Shown piece by piece: positions 49,149-60,655 of a DNA stretch of 64,000 nucleotides. Source of the stretch: a bacterium. Lineage in GTDB: Bacteria > Patescibacteriota > Minisyncoccia > Phycocordibacterales > UBA2100. Below the pieces are notes generated by a model. That model saw only the letters and a list, made by a program, of their open reading frames with translations. It was not told the DNA's origin and searched no databases. Location: NCBI GenBank assembly GCA_030648265.1, contig JAUSHX010000010.1:26253-90252 (forward strand), given 5' to 3'. Numbering within the stretch: position 1 is the stretch's first letter; each line of letters starts with the position of its first letter. The position numbers were made by a program, and so were the translations under genes.

Positions 49149-50735
49149 CTACTTGCTACTGGCTACGGGCTGGGAGCCAAATAGCTCCCCGTGTGCCAGC
49201 CGGAACTCCTCAAGCGCGCGGTCCAGTTTCTTTTTCAGAGCTTCGGACATGACGCCAGACTTCCTTATTTCAGCAAGCTCTTTTGCATATTGACCATCTA
49301 CGAATTCAAGCAAAAGCGCCTCAACTTCGCTGACGCGCGTAATCGCGACGTCCGCAAAAAATTTCTTATCAGCAGCGTATAAAACGGCAACCTGCTTTTC
49401 AACAGAAATCGGCGAGCCGTTTCTCTGCTTCAGAATTTCAACCATTCTTCTGCCCGATTCAATTCTATCGGCAGTCATCTTGTCCAAGTCCTGCGCGAAT
49501 TGCATAAATGCTTCTAATTCTCGGAATTGCGCGAGAACCAGGCGCAAAGTGCCAGCCACTGACTTCATCGCTTTGGTCTGCGCGGCTGAACCCACGCGGG
49601 AAACGGAAATACCGACATCAATCGCAGGACGTACTCCTTTGTTGAACAGAGATGAGTCTAAGAATATCTGGCCGTCCGTAATTGAAATAACGTTAGTCGG
49701 AATGTATGTAGCAACATCGCCATCCTGTGTTTCAATAATAGGCAATGCGGTAAGGGAACCGCCGCCTTTTTCTTCGCTTAAACAAGCCGAGCGTTCAAGC
49801 AAGCGGGAGTGTAAATAGAAAATGTCGCCTGGATACGCCTCGCGTCCCGGCGGACGGCGCAAGAGCAAGGAAAGTTGGCGATACGCTGTCGCCTGTTTGG
49901 AAAGGTCGTCGTAAATCACGAGTACGTCTTGCCCGCGGTCCATGAAATATTCGCCCATGGCCACTCCCGCATACGGCGCCAAGAATTGCAGAGCCGCCGG
50001 CGTAGATGCCGGAGCGTCAACGATTATCGTATACGGCATCGCCCCCGCTTCCGTGAGCTGTTGAGCGATGCGCGCAGTTTTTGATTCCTTCTGACCGATA
50101 GCAACATAAATACAAATCGGCCGTTTCTCTGCCGGCTCGTTCTTCTGGTTGATTATCGTATCAATCGCAATCGTCGTCTTTCCCGTGGAGCGGTCGCCGA
50201 TGATGAGCTCGCGCTGTCCGCGCCCGATCGGAATCATGGAATCAATCGCTTTGATACCGGTCTGGAGCGGGACGGACACTGATTTTCTGTCTATGACTCC
50301 GTATGATTCCCGTTCAACGGGCATCATGGTCGCTTTTGTGAAAGGCCCTTTGCCGTCCAGCGGCTCGCCCAAGGCACTCACAACCCTGCCCAAAAGTTCG
50401 TCGCCGGAGGGAACTGAAAGAATCCTGCCGGTTGATTTGACTGTCATTCCTTCGTTCACTCGCGCGGAGTCGCCCAAAATCGTCGCCCGCACGCCATCCT
50501 CCTCCAAGTTGAGAACGAGACCGTGGAGAGCGCCGGCCGCTTCCATTCCCTTGGAAAGCGGCCTCCCCGCGGTTTCTTCAAACTGGATGATTTCACCCAT
50601 GACCGCGCGGGAAAGTCCGTCAATCGCAACAACACCGTCGCCGACAGACGTCACGCGCCCGACATGCTCCACACCCGCTTTCGGCGTATAGTGTTCAATT
50701 TCGTTTATTATCTTTTGTACGATTGATTGGTCCAT
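49149..50735 (-). CDS. atpA: ATP synthase F1 alpha subunit
   Basis: P-loop [13 protein letters not shown]. Preceded by the leader module. Confidence 0.97.
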   Translation of the reverse strand: MDQSIVQKIINEIEHYTPKAGVEHVGRVTSVGDGVVAIDGLSRAVMGEIIQFEETAGRPLSKGMEAAGALHGLVLNLEEDGVRATILGDSARVNEGMTVKSTGRILSVPSGDELLGRVVSALGEPLDGKGPFTKATMMPVERESYGVIDRKSVSVPLQTGIKAIDSMIPIGRGQRELIIGDRSTGKTTIAIDTIINQKNEPAEKRPICIYVAIGQKESKTARIAQQLTEAGAMPYTIIVDAPASTPAALQFLAPYAGVAMGEYFMDRGQDVLVIYDDLSKQATAYRQLSLLLRRPPGREAYPGDIFYLHSRLLERSACLSEEKGGGSLTALPIIETQDGDVATYIPTNVISITDGQIFLDSSLFNKGVRPAIDVGISVSRVGSAAQTKAMKSVAGTLRLVLAQFRELEAFMQFAQDLDKMTADRIESGRRMVEILKQRNGSPISVEKQVAVLYAADKKFFADVAITRVSEVEALLLEFVDGQYAKELAEIRKSGVMSEALKKKLDRALEEFRLAHGELFGSQPVASSK

Positions 50736-50903
50736 ATTAGATTTTGTTACGAGCGAAACGAGTTAGAAAATCTTATACCCAGCACCTTTTAATTTTAAAA
50801 CGGCGTGTGGTGACTGAGTATACAGCATAAGTTAATTTTGATGAAAAAGATGGAGTTTACAGTGAAAGGTGCTGGGTCAAGAAAAACATAGTCACGGTGT
50901 TCC
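50736..50903 (-). promoter_or_regulatory. conserved leader module, copy 7 (minus strand), abutting the atpA ATG; starts at the atpH stop
   Basis: Minus-strand reading: CTTGACCC + hairpin AGCACCTTT ... AAAGGTGCT (roughly 70 nt loop) + GGGTATAAGATTTTCTAACTCGTTTCGCTCGTAACAAAATCTAAT-ATG. Confidence 0.75.
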
Positions 50904-51293
50904 TTATTTTTCTAAGACTCTTTCATATATATCCAGCAATTGTCTCTTGTAGCTCGCATCATGGAGAAGTTCACGGCCTTCCAGCCGCCAGCCGCCTATC
51001 AGATTCTCATCAATGTTTATTTTCACATCGTCCGTTTTGATTGTGGAATCCTTTAGCAGTTCTCTTGCCTCTTTGAGCGCGCGCTTTCCGTCGGCATAGC
51101 GCGCGACTTTCAGCACCACGACATTCTTTGCTTCCGCGCGAGCGGCAAGAAGCGAAAACGCCCGCGCAATTTTAGGCAGAAGACCGAGACGCCCGCGCGC
51201 GCCCAGCGCCTGACACAGCGTCTTCACTGCACCCCTGGGATTTGCCCCGTCTTCAATAATTCTCCACAGTGCTTGTGCATAGGCCTTGTCCAT
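50904..51293 (-). CDS. atpH: ATP synthase F1 delta subunit (OSCP)
   Basis: 129 aa (short form); its operon position between atpF and atpA and its helical character fit delta. Confidence 0.7.
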   Translation of the reverse strand: MDKAYAQALWRIIEDGANPRGAVKTLCQALGARGRLGLLPKIARAFSLLAARAEAKNVVVLKVARYADGKRALKEARELLKDSTIKTDDVKINIDENLIGGWRLEGRELLHDASYKRQLLDIYERVLEK

Positions 51294-51367
51294 AATAATA
51301 GGTGGTAGGTTTTAGGGTATAGGGTTTAGTGAATTCTTAAAGGCATTTCTTTGCTAGTGGCTATACC
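51294..51367 (-). repeat. intergenic repeat (family 2) between atpF and atpH
   Basis: GGTTTTAGGGTATAGGGTTTAGTGAATTC...GCTAGTGGCTATACCCTAGTGGCTAG. The 27 nt CTAGCCACTAGGGTATAGCCACTAGCA (minus-strand reading) is identical to 12233-12260. Confidence 0.7.
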
Positions 51368-51817
51368 CTAGTGGCTAGTTCCTTTCAATATTTTCTCCGC
51401 CGCAAGCATTGCAGCTCTCGTAATCTCTTTCTCGCTTTGCTTTATTGCCAGCCGTTTCGCTTCCTCCGCGCGCGCTGCCGCATCAGCGAGAACCCCCTGC
51501 GCCTGCGATTCCGCGGATTTTACGATTTCAGCGCCTTTCTCTTCGGCACGAGCTCGCGCAGTCTTTACAAGCGCCTCCGCCTCCCGCGAGGCGTCTCCCA
51601 TAATTCCGTCTCCCTTCTTTTGCGCTTCCGCAAGACTGCGCGCCGCCCTCTCCGCCGTCTTCACGCCTTCCGCGATTTTCTCCCGCCGTTCGTCTATCAT
51701 TTTCAGAACCGGCTTGTATAGGAAGTAGCTCAATATCGCCAAAAGGAGCGCAAAGTTAATCCCCTGCGCAAGCAGAAGCTTCCAATTGACGCCGAAGACT
51801 GAAAGAAGGGGTTCCAT
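51368..51817 (-). CDS. atpF: ATP synthase Fo b subunit
   Basis: N-terminal TM helix followed by a long charged coiled coil (AEAQKKGDGIMGDASREAEALVKTARARAEEKG). The ATG at 51817 is directly preceded by the leader module; the ORF track over-extends to 51982. Confidence 0.8.
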   Translation of the reverse strand: MEPLLSVFGVNWKLLLAQGINFALLLAILSYFLYKPVLKMIDERREKIAEGVKTAERAARSLAEAQKKGDGIMGDASREAEALVKTARARAEEKGAEIVKSAESQAQGVLADAAARAEEAKRLAIKQSEKEITRAAMLAAEKILKGTSH

Positions 51818-51935
51818 CTTAGAATTTCTTATTGAGTGCGCGAGTTTAGAAATTCTTAGACCTAGCACCTTTGTTTCATAAAGAAACGAAGGTGCTGGGT
51901 TAAGTACAACTAATTCGCTACGCTCATAAGTCCTA
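51818..51935 (-). promoter_or_regulatory. conserved leader module, copy 8 (minus strand), abutting the atpF ATG; starts at the atpE stop
   Basis: Minus-strand reading: TATGAGCGTAGCGAATTAGTTGTACTTAACCC + hairpin AGCACCTTCGTTTC...GAAACAAAGGTGCT + AGGTCTAAGAATTTCTAAACTCGCGCACTCAATAAGAAATTCTAAG-ATG. Confidence 0.75.
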
Positions 51936-52238
<303 letters not shown>

Positions 52239-52637
52239 TCAATCCTTCGGTCTTAGCTTATTATCCCAAACCTTCGCTTCAAGACGAAGGAAAACGTCTC
52301 CTATTTCCTTGAATTCTGGTACGGAGTCTGGGTCTTGATGCAATCGTTTCCAACGCATAATCTCCTGACCAAGAATTTCCTTTGCTTTCTTTATTACATC
52401 TCCAAGCGGCATGTTTGGTTTGCTGTTCACGAATTCAATCATCCGTTTTGTTCTTTCTGACAGCATGCCTTTATGTATTTTCATCACTGATTCCACTGCC
52501 ATATGATCTCGCCATGCCTTCTCTGGATTGTCTTCCAGGTCAATGCCGACATTCGGATGTTCTCTCTTCCATTGAGCAAAAGAGGTGCCACGAAAAGTAT
52601 CTGAAACCGGTTTTATTTTATCCTGCTTCCCTGGCAT
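52239..52637 (-). CDS. hypothetical soluble protein encoded between atpB and atpE
   Basis: 132 aa, charged, with no TM segment and no recognisable family. It occupies a position that is normally empty in atp operons. Confidence 0.4.
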   Translation of the reverse strand: MPGKQDKIKPVSDTFRGTSFAQWKREHPNVGIDLEDNPEKAWRDHMAVESVMKIHKGMLSERTKRMIEFVNSKPNMPLGDVIKKAKEILGQEIMRWKRLHQDPDSVPEFKEIGDVFLRLEAKVWDNKLRPKD

Positions 52638-52677
52638 ACATGAATAGTATTACGGCGTGCCAAGAAGTACAGTTTGG

Positions 52678-53439
52678 CTAATGTGCCTCGGTGATAGCAA
52701 TCTTTATAAAGAAGAGGGTCAAAAGCGCGAAAATCGCCGCTTGTATGAAGCCGACAAATACCTCAAACATCATAAGGGGCACCGGCAGGATATACGGCAC
52801 AAAATGGCTAACTACGAGAATCAGGACTTCCCCCGCGAAAATGTTGCCGAAAAGACGGAATGAGAAGGAAATCAATCGCGCGATTTCAGAGAACAGCTCA
52901 ATGATGCCTACGGCAAACCCCATTACCGATTTGAATGAGATGAATTTTTGCGAGTATTTAAATATGCCGATAGTTACAATACCGGTTATTTCAATTACCA
53001 AGAATGAAATGATTGCGAGCGCCAATGTCGCGTTCAGGTCTGTGTTTGCACTTCGGAAAAGCGGTGAAAATTCTCCGCCTCCGGCGGAAAAGAACCCGAC
53101 GCTTCCGATTCCTGGCGTGAACTCCAGCATGTTTGCTGTAAATACGAAAAGGAAGATGGTGAGGAGCAGGGGGAAGAATTTCCGCGCCATATCCCTGCTC
53201 TCAAGGATTTCAGCGATGTAGTCGTAGACGAAGCTGAAGAGCTCTTCCAGAAGCGTTTGGAAACGGCTCGGTATGAGTTTCACGTTTTTGCCGACAAAAT
53301 ATGCGAGCGTGCCAAGCACGATGATGACCGCCCAGCTCATGAGGAGCGTGTTGGTTATGGGAAGCCCCCACAGGTTGCCGATGACTTCCGGCGCCAGCGC
53401 AACTTTTATACCCTCTTCCATTGCGCGACAGTTTAACAC
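52678..53439 (-). CDS. atpB: ATP synthase Fo a subunit
   Basis: 5-6 TM segments; conserved helix FRLFGNIFAGEVLI containing the essential Arg. Confidence 0.9.
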   Translation of the reverse strand: MLNCRAMEEGIKVALAPEVIGNLWGLPITNTLLMSWAVIIVLGTLAYFVGKNVKLIPSRFQTLLEELFSFVYDYIAEILESRDMARKFFPLLLTIFLFVFTANMLEFTPGIGSVGFFSAGGGEFSPLFRSANTDLNATLALAIISFLVIEITGIVTIGIFKYSQKFISFKSVMGFAVGIIELFSEIARLISFSFRLFGNIFAGEVLILVVSHFVPYILPVPLMMFEVFVGFIQAAIFALLTLFFIKIAITEAH

Positions 53440-53549
53440 AGGTTATGCATCAAATTCCAGACGTCTCATTATGTTTGCTTTTCTGTTCTGAAGCCGTACA
53501 GTGGGCAGAGTTGTGGGAGCTGTTCCCACGTCACCAATTGAGGTGTAGC

Positions 53550-53795
53550 ATGCCAGGCATCAAAAGGTTTAAACTGACGAACTTTCCGCTCACGCCAGCA
53601 CAGAGTGAAGAATTTCACAGTAGCTTTGCGATCAAGATTCAACTGCTCAAGGGACATGAATATCTCGATATTAAAAAGGATAACGTGTACAGAGCGCACA
53701 TCAACGGGAGCGACAGGCCGCCGATAACTGTAAAGATTAAAAAGGTGTCCAAAGATGGCACCGTGGTGACCCTGGAGCGGAAGCGTCGTGGGTGA
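53550..53795 (+). CDS. hypothetical small protein
   Basis: About 81 aa ORF (MPGIKRFKLTNF...); the ORF track over-extends 5' into the atpB region. Confidence 0.3.
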   Translation: MPGIKRFKLTNFPLTPAQSEEFHSSFAIKIQLLKGHEYLDIKKDNVYRAHINGSDRPPITVKIKKVSKDGTVVTLERKRRG

Positions 53796-53857
53796 ACGAA
53801 TCCGCATTGCCGCCGGAGGCCGTCGTGCTCCCGGCGGTCTCTCATTTTCAGGTATGT

Positions 53858-54736
53858 CTAATTCTCAACAATCCACTTTTTTATTGCCGACGCGACTTGA
53901 ATCTCCTTCCCCCGAAAACTATGCGTGGCGCTCGGCACTATAAGTGTTTCCAGATTTGCGCCGGTATTCCTTTCAAACCACTCGGTGATTTTCCTCGCGG
54001 GCCTGTCCGCATATTCATCTTTCTCTGCCCACACGACGAACATGGGCAACATTACAGACTGCAATGTCCTCGGATTCTTTTTCGGTTGTTCGTAGGAAAA
54101 GATGGTTTCCGGACTGTCTGGCGTGTACAAACTTAGAAAACGCTGAGCGTCATTTATAAACGGCGTCTTATCAAGAGTCTTCGGCATTAGCTCATGCTTC
54201 TTGCCCGCCTTGATCATTGTCCTTGCAAACTTTACAGCTTTTGCCAATTGTCCGTTCTTATCATCTTTTTTTGCAGCGGCATAATCGCTGACCGGAGCGA
54301 GAAGAATTAGTCCGACAACGAGCGGCCGTTTCCGCAACTTCGACGCGTAATAAACAGATTTCTGACAACCTGTTGAATGACCGACAAGATAAATATTCTT
54401 TGCGCCCGTCCTTCGCGCAAAATTCACCGCTCCGCGGATATCGTCAACACAATCGGTGAATACTTCGTGGGCGCCGCCGGCCACGATTGCTCGCTTGTTT
54501 CTGCGCGCTTTGCTCACGATATCGTGTCCTCTGTTATTGAACGAGAGTACGGCAGTGTCCCGATTTATTATGAATGCTGGCAACTCCAGCGGCACGCGGC
54601 TGAAAATACTGCTTGCAAGACCGTGCACGATAATGAAAACGTTCCGAGCTTTCTTCGGCCCGAACCACAGACCGTTTAAAAGCACCCTCTTTGGTGTAAC
54701 AATTTCTATGGTTTCGCAGGAGGCCATGCGAATCAA
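53858..54736 (-). CDS. alpha/beta-hydrolase fold protein
   Basis: NVFIIVHGLASS...YLVGHSTGCQ nucleophile elbow; 292 aa. Confidence 0.6.
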   Translation of the reverse strand: MIRMASCETIEIVTPKRVLLNGLWFGPKKARNVFIIVHGLASSIFSRVPLELPAFIINRDTAVLSFNNRGHDIVSKARRNKRAIVAGGAHEVFTDCVDDIRGAVNFARRTGAKNIYLVGHSTGCQKSVYYASKLRKRPLVVGLILLAPVSDYAAAKKDDKNGQLAKAVKFARTMIKAGKKHELMPKTLDKTPFINDAQRFLSLYTPDSPETIFSYEQPKKNPRTLQSVMLPMFVVWAEKDEYADRPARKITEWFERNTGANLETLIVPSATHSFRGKEIQVASAIKKWIVEN

Positions 54737-54754
54737 TATACCAGATATCAGGAA

Positions 54755-55321
54755 TTAATTTCTGACCGAGAGTGGCGTCGCAAACCCGACAGCTCGCATA
54801 AGTTCAATCTGGCTTTTCGGCATTTTCTTCACATCTACACGGCCTACGACGCGGATGCTCACGTTGCTGCACTTCCCTAGCGTTATGGCGGGGTTCATTG
54901 CTTTGCCTCCCACGCGCGCGGATACATCCGAATCAAAAAGAATGTCTATCTGGTTTCGTTTGCGCGAATGCATAGAGTCTGCAATGACGCGATAGCCGAT
55001 AAACGGTTCCACATTGGAAATTCCGCAATTGTCGGATGATGTCGCCGAAAACGGCACAACCTCTATGACCGTCCCGAACGGAAGCTCATCCGCAAGGTCA
55101 GCCGAGCGGGCGGCGACAATATCGGGATTAGAAAATGCACCGCTTGCCGTTGTGCTCGGTTCGCCATCGGTCTGTTCAGGGACGGCGTTATAGCCGGTCA
55201 TGGCAACAGAATACGTTTTGGGAGTTTCCACCTCCATGTCCGGTAAATTGACGGGGGTGTTGGTTAATGCGGAGCCGGACAAAAGAAATAGGCCCAAGGC
55301 CGTAGTAATTATTGAGTACAT
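54755..55321 (-). CDS. 3D-domain (MltA/YuiC-like) cell-wall-associated protein
   Basis: Signal/TM segment; AMTGYNAVPEQTDG...FGTVIEV matches the 3D-domain pattern with conserved Asp residues. Confidence 0.55.
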   Translation of the reverse strand: MYSIITTALGLFLLSGSALTNTPVNLPDMEVETPKTYSVAMTGYNAVPEQTDGEPSTTASGAFSNPDIVAARSADLADELPFGTVIEVVPFSATSSDNCGISNVEPFIGYRVIADSMHSRKRNQIDILFDSDVSARVGGKAMNPAITLGKCSNVSIRVVGRVDVKKMPKSQIELMRAVGFATPLSVRN

Positions 55322-55430
55322 ATGTGATGCAGGGGAACTTCCTCTACGCTTTCCATACTAGCATACCTGACCCGATTTGTCAATGGGCTTATGTGGCCCA
55401 ACAGAGCCGTATAATATGCGTGACGTACCC

Positions 55431-55517
55431 AAGGTCTCACCTTAAATACCGAATCCCAAAGGTGAGACCTTGAGGATTTTCCCTCTACACCCTATTCGCT
55501 AGTCGCTAAACGCTGTC
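55431..55517. repeat. hairpin repeat (family 3) copy A plus CGCTA-rich tail
   Basis: AAGGTCTCACCT-taaataccgaatcccaa-AGGTGAGACCTT, then ...CCCTCTACACCCTATTCGCTAGTCGCTAAACGCT. Confidence 0.6.
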
Positions 55518-55518
55518 T

Positions 55519-56832
<1,314 letters not shown>

Positions 56833-56923
56833 TTATAAATCACTCGTATATGATAAGAGTCTCAGTGCCGCGCCACCGAGACTCTTTTCATCCTTTCCGG
56901 TTGGACAATAGTTTCTCGAAAGA

Positions 56924-57223
56924 CTACCTCTTCGGTAGCCTCCATGCCCGCATTTTGCGCGCCTGAGATTGACCTTCTATCTCCTGAACGATGACATCGG
57001 CTCCAAGCGGCCGATCAAGCATTCGGAACTCCTCGGATGACACGGGGGTGAGGCCCTCGTATATCTTCAATGCAGGGTTTCTGTGCATAAACTTTACTTT
57101 TTTCGTTGCCTGGTTCAGGGCGTGTCGCAACTTCATATACGCTGGGCAGTCCATACTGTATGCCCTTCCCGCGCCAAGAGGAACAACCAAAAGAGTTTTC
57201 ATGATGCCGTTCGTGCCGTTCAT
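56924..57223 (-). CDS. hypothetical protein
   Basis: 99 aa ORF upstream of ahcY with no recognisable motifs. Confidence 0.3.
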   Translation of the reverse strand: MNGTNGIMKTLLVVPLGAGRAYSMDCPAYMKLRHALNQATKKVKFMHRNPALKIYEGLTPVSSEEFRMLDRPLGADVIVQEIEGQSQARKMRAWRLPKR

Positions 57224-57859
57224 GATGATGCCTCCATTTGCCGTTGGAAAAAGATAACTGAAGCATGCAAAGTCCGATTAAAGGCCTCAAATCAGGCTCT
57301 CTATGCTTCAGCAATCTCCGTTTGTATGACAAGGAACAACAAACTCAATACTTAAAGACCACGGGGCAAACATACTGCATTTTTGATTTTTTGCCAATAC
57401 GGGGGTTAATTCTAGTAGAATATCCGCTTGTTTATAAAAAAGCTACCGGCCACGCGAGGGGCGGCCGGTAGCGATTGCGAGTGATGCTCGCTCACCCGGA
57501 TGTTTTCTTTGCGTTCCGGATAAAGCGACCCGAAAATCCGGGGCATTCCGCCAAAGCGTCCAGAACCGTTTTCGGTGGAGGCGTCACCCAAATTGCGGGT
57601 GGCGAGCGATCCTCGGATGCCCCGCGGAAAGGTAACATGCTGAACTCCTGCGATTGTTGAACCAGGGCACGCTCGCGCCCCTCCCTCTCCGGCGTTGTAG
57701 CCGATGTCAACTTTGCCATTTGCGCTCTCCTTTAATTACGTTTATCGGTCGTACCCGACCTCAACGATGTTCTGTAAAGGTCAGGCAGACCGTAACGTAT
57801 CACAACGGCTCGTTTTGTAAATCCTTTTCGTGGGGATTATTCCTTTGGAGAAAATACTC

Positions 57860-57965
57860 AAGGCCTCACCTCAAATACAGAATCCCCGAGGAGAGGCCTT
57901 AGAATGCGTGACACCTCGCACATGCTGAGGAGTCACCTCGGGAATTCCTCTAAACGCTAAACGCT
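57860..57965. repeat. hairpin repeat (family 3) copy B plus CGCTA-rich tail
   Basis: AAGGCCTCACCTC-aaatacagaatcccc-GAGGAGAGGCCTT (compensatory T/C-A/G change in the stem, conserved loop), then ...CCTCTAAACGCTAAACGCTATTCGCTATATCTC. Confidence 0.6.
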
Positions 57966-57970
57966 ATTCG

Positions 57971-58927
57971 CTATATCTCTAGTTTCTCCCCGTATGATTT
58001 TTTGTACCTCTCCGCGACTTCCTGAATCGTGAAACGGTGCGTTTGCGTGCCGTAGGTTTCCACCGCATACGCGGCCACGACACTGCCGAGCTTCGCGCAC
58101 GATTCCAGCGGCAGCGCGAGCATCATTCCTTTGATGAACCCGGCGCGGTATGCGTCGCCCGCGCCCGTCGGGTCTTCCTCATTCTTTACAGGGGTCGCTT
58201 CTATTTTCCACTCGCCATCCTTTGTTAAGACTCTGGAGCCCTTCGCGCCGTATGTGATGACCAGATTTGTGACGCGCTCAAGTATCGGACCGTCCGCCCA
58301 TCCTGTTTTCTGCGCGATGAGGCCAAGTTCGTAGTCGCTGGCAAATAGTGTATGCGCGCCGGTAATTCCGTCCATAAGTTGGCCGGCGGTCAAGGCGGAA
58401 ATCTGCTGTCCGGGGTCATAGCAATAACGCATTCCCTTCCTCCTGAAATACGACGGCAGAGTCGTCATATCTTTTGTATTTCCGGGTGAAATAATCGCAA
58501 GCGCGCGCCCATCCGTCTCCACTGGCGTATCATACGGAAACTTCCCCGCGCCAGGATGAAACGCGCTGATTTGGTTATCGCCTTTATCCGTGAATACAAC
58601 AGCCGACGCCGTAAGTTCGCCTTCCACGACTTTGATTGACGTCGGATCAACGCCGGAAAGCAAAAGGTGCGAGCGGTACGGGCCGAAATCGGTGCCTGCT
58701 GTCGCGATTATTTCGGGCGATTCGCGGAGAAGCGCCAGATTGTAGGCGATATTGCCAGCCGTACCGCCGAATTCTACGGAGAGTTTGTCCACAAGAAAAC
58801 TCAAATTGATGCTGTGTATCTTGTCCGGCACAATGTGCTCGGCGAACAAGCCGCCATAATCCATAATGCGATCAAACGCAACTGAACCGGATACGATTAT
58901 CTTTCTCTTGATATTTTCTTCTGCCAT
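57971..58927 (-). CDS. PfkB-family carbohydrate/nucleoside kinase (ribokinase-like; possibly adenosine kinase)
   Basis: GG dipeptide region and the C-terminal DPTGAGDA anion hole motif; lies near ahcY. Confidence 0.75.
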   Translation of the reverse strand: MAEENIKRKIIVSGSVAFDRIMDYGGLFAEHIVPDKIHSINLSFLVDKLSVEFGGTAGNIAYNLALLRESPEIIATAGTDFGPYRSHLLLSGVDPTSIKVVEGELTASAVVFTDKGDNQISAFHPGAGKFPYDTPVETDGRALAIISPGNTKDMTTLPSYFRRKGMRYCYDPGQQISALTAGQLMDGITGAHTLFASDYELGLIAQKTGWADGPILERVTNLVITYGAKGSRVLTKDGEWKIEATPVKNEEDPTGAGDAYRAGFIKGMMLALPLESCAKLGSVVAAYAVETYGTQTHRFTIQEVAERYKKSYGEKLEI

Positions 58928-58932
58928 ATACG

Positions 58933-60012
58933 TTATGCCGCTGGGTACAGTTCCTTAATTTCTTTTGCGAGATAGGGATTCCACATGGCGCCTGTGGCCG
59001 TCATAACGACATCCGCTCCCACTTCACGATACTCTTTGAAATCCGCGGGCACCGTGACGCCGCCACAGCCGATAATTCCATAGTGCAGATTCAGTTCTTC
59101 GCGTAGCGCTTTTAGCCGGCGCGTCATGTCAAGCCCCGCCCACTTTACCGCGTGCCCGCAAATCCCGCTTTTGACGCGATGCGCACCCGGAAGCGCCTGC
59201 GTGCCGTCGGGATTTACCACGGGCGCGGGAATCGTATTAATCGCCGAGTAGCCATCTACAATGTTTCCCGTTTCTTTTACGAGCTCGCGCAGTTCCTTTT
59301 CGCCGAAATATGCGATTTTAATAACGAGGGGCGTGTCGCCGATTTTGTTTTTTATCGCGCTGGCTACGAGCTTCACTTTCGGAACATCAAAACACAGCAA
59401 TTGTGCCGCACCCTCGTTGGGACAACTGAAATTCGTCTCAACAACTTTAACGCCCGTGCTTTTTATCATCTCCGCGCCGCGCACCCAATCATTGATGTAG
59501 TCCTCCGCGGAAAATCCATCCCACTTCGTGCCTTCAAAACTGCACATCACGAGCTGGCCCTGTTTTGCGTACGCTACCGATTCGCGCAAATCTTTCATCC
59601 ACACATCGGATTCATATGAGGGGTTGCCGAACGAATTTGTGATGGAGAGCGGTTCTTTATATTCGTTGCGGACGATTATCGGCTTTTGTGCCATCTCAAG
59701 CGTGAGGTCATCTTTGATATCGGCACCCAATACATTCGGCCACTCGTTGCACGCGCGGACACGGCTTCGGACTGTCTTGTGAACCGGCACGTCAAAACCT
59801 TTGTCCAATGCCGCTTTCACGAATTTCCCGTTAAGAAGAGGCCCCGCCGGAATTCCGAGCGGATAGGAAAGCTTCTGTCCGAGAAAATCAAACTGCGGTT
59901 TTCCCGCGGGCAATACTACGCCATCGGCAAAACCGTTAAACGGACCTTGTTCCCAATTTTCTTCATACGTTTTATTCGGGTCAAAAAAAGGCTCCTGTAA
60001 CATGCGCGTCAC
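58933..60012 (-). CDS. dihydroorotate dehydrogenase-family flavoprotein (PyrD/PreA-like TIM barrel)
   Basis: NFSCPN active-site loop and IIGCGGV...VMTATGAMWNP FMN-binding C-terminus. Confidence 0.7.
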   Translation of the reverse strand: MTRMLQEPFFDPNKTYEENWEQGPFNGFADGVVLPAGKPQFDFLGQKLSYPLGIPAGPLLNGKFVKAALDKGFDVPVHKTVRSRVRACNEWPNVLGADIKDDLTLEMAQKPIIVRNEYKEPLSITNSFGNPSYESDVWMKDLRESVAYAKQGQLVMCSFEGTKWDGFSAEDYINDWVRGAEMIKSTGVKVVETNFSCPNEGAAQLLCFDVPKVKLVASAIKNKIGDTPLVIKIAYFGEKELRELVKETGNIVDGYSAINTIPAPVVNPDGTQALPGAHRVKSGICGHAVKWAGLDMTRRLKALREELNLHYGIIGCGGVTVPADFKEYREVGADVVMTATGAMWNPYLAKEIKELYPAA

Positions 60013-60021
60013 TATACCACC

Positions 60022-60651
60022 CTAAGTTAAACTTATCCCCAGCTCCTTCAAATCAGCCTTCAGTTGCTCGTTACTCTTAAACAGAACCGGGATGTATCCG
60101 ATTTCATCGGCTTTTTCCAGACTCCTCGGCGTGTCATCTATAAAGACTACTTCCTCGGGTTTGAGTCCCAGTTTCTCAAACAATACTTGAAACGCCTCTT
60201 TGTGAGGCTTCTGGTGTCCTATCTCGCCGGAAATAACGAGGACATCGGCCAGCTCCAACAAGCCCAGTTCTTTCAACCGTTCTCTCAACAAAGAATTTGA
60301 GTTGCTGAAAATCCCGGTCTTCAATCCCGACTTCTTTAATTGAGGAAAGTATGAGAGCAATTCAGTGTTGATAGTTCTCTGTAAGGCCTTATCGCGTATT
60401 ATCTTCCTGACCTCATGCTCTTTCGCTTTGTCTGTATTGAAAACAGAAATAACCCTGAGGAGCATGTCTTCCCATGTGATATTTTTAACATTGGCCAGAT
60501 GATTATGCTGAAAGTAGGTAGCTCTGAAGTCGCCGATCGGGATACCAAGGTGCGTGGCAATAGCCGGCAAAAGACCTCCTCCCTCGTACAACTCAATAAC
60601 CCCGCCGAAATCAAACGCAACGGCCTTGATTCTGTTTTTGTCCGGCGGCAT
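60022..60651 (-). CDS. HAD-superfamily hydrolase (subfamily IA)
   Basis: Motif I AVAFDFGGV, and motif III/IV K...VVFIDDTPRSLEKADEIG. The start was set at MPPDKNRIKA so that it just overlaps the upstream NUDIX stop. Confidence 0.65.
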   Translation of the reverse strand: MPPDKNRIKAVAFDFGGVIELYEGGGLLPAIATHLGIPIGDFRATYFQHNHLANVKNITWEDMLLRVISVFNTDKAKEHEVRKIIRDKALQRTINTELLSYFPQLKKSGLKTGIFSNSNSLLRERLKELGLLELADVLVISGEIGHQKPHKEAFQVLFEKLGLKPEEVVFIDDTPRSLEKADEIGYIPVLFKSNEQLKADLKELGISLT

Positions 60652-60655
60652 GACG

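Noticed and set aside
57224-57859. tmRNA, RNase P RNA or SAH riboswitch in the long spacer upstream of ahcY
   Set aside because: Only a T-arm-like hairpin with a CCUCCACC-like 3' strand was seen. No matching 5' acceptor strand, tag reading frame, P4 consensus (AGGAAAGUCCGGGCUCC/ACAGAACCCGGCUUA), or SAH-riboswitch core was found by eye. It is kept only as an unclassified candidate.
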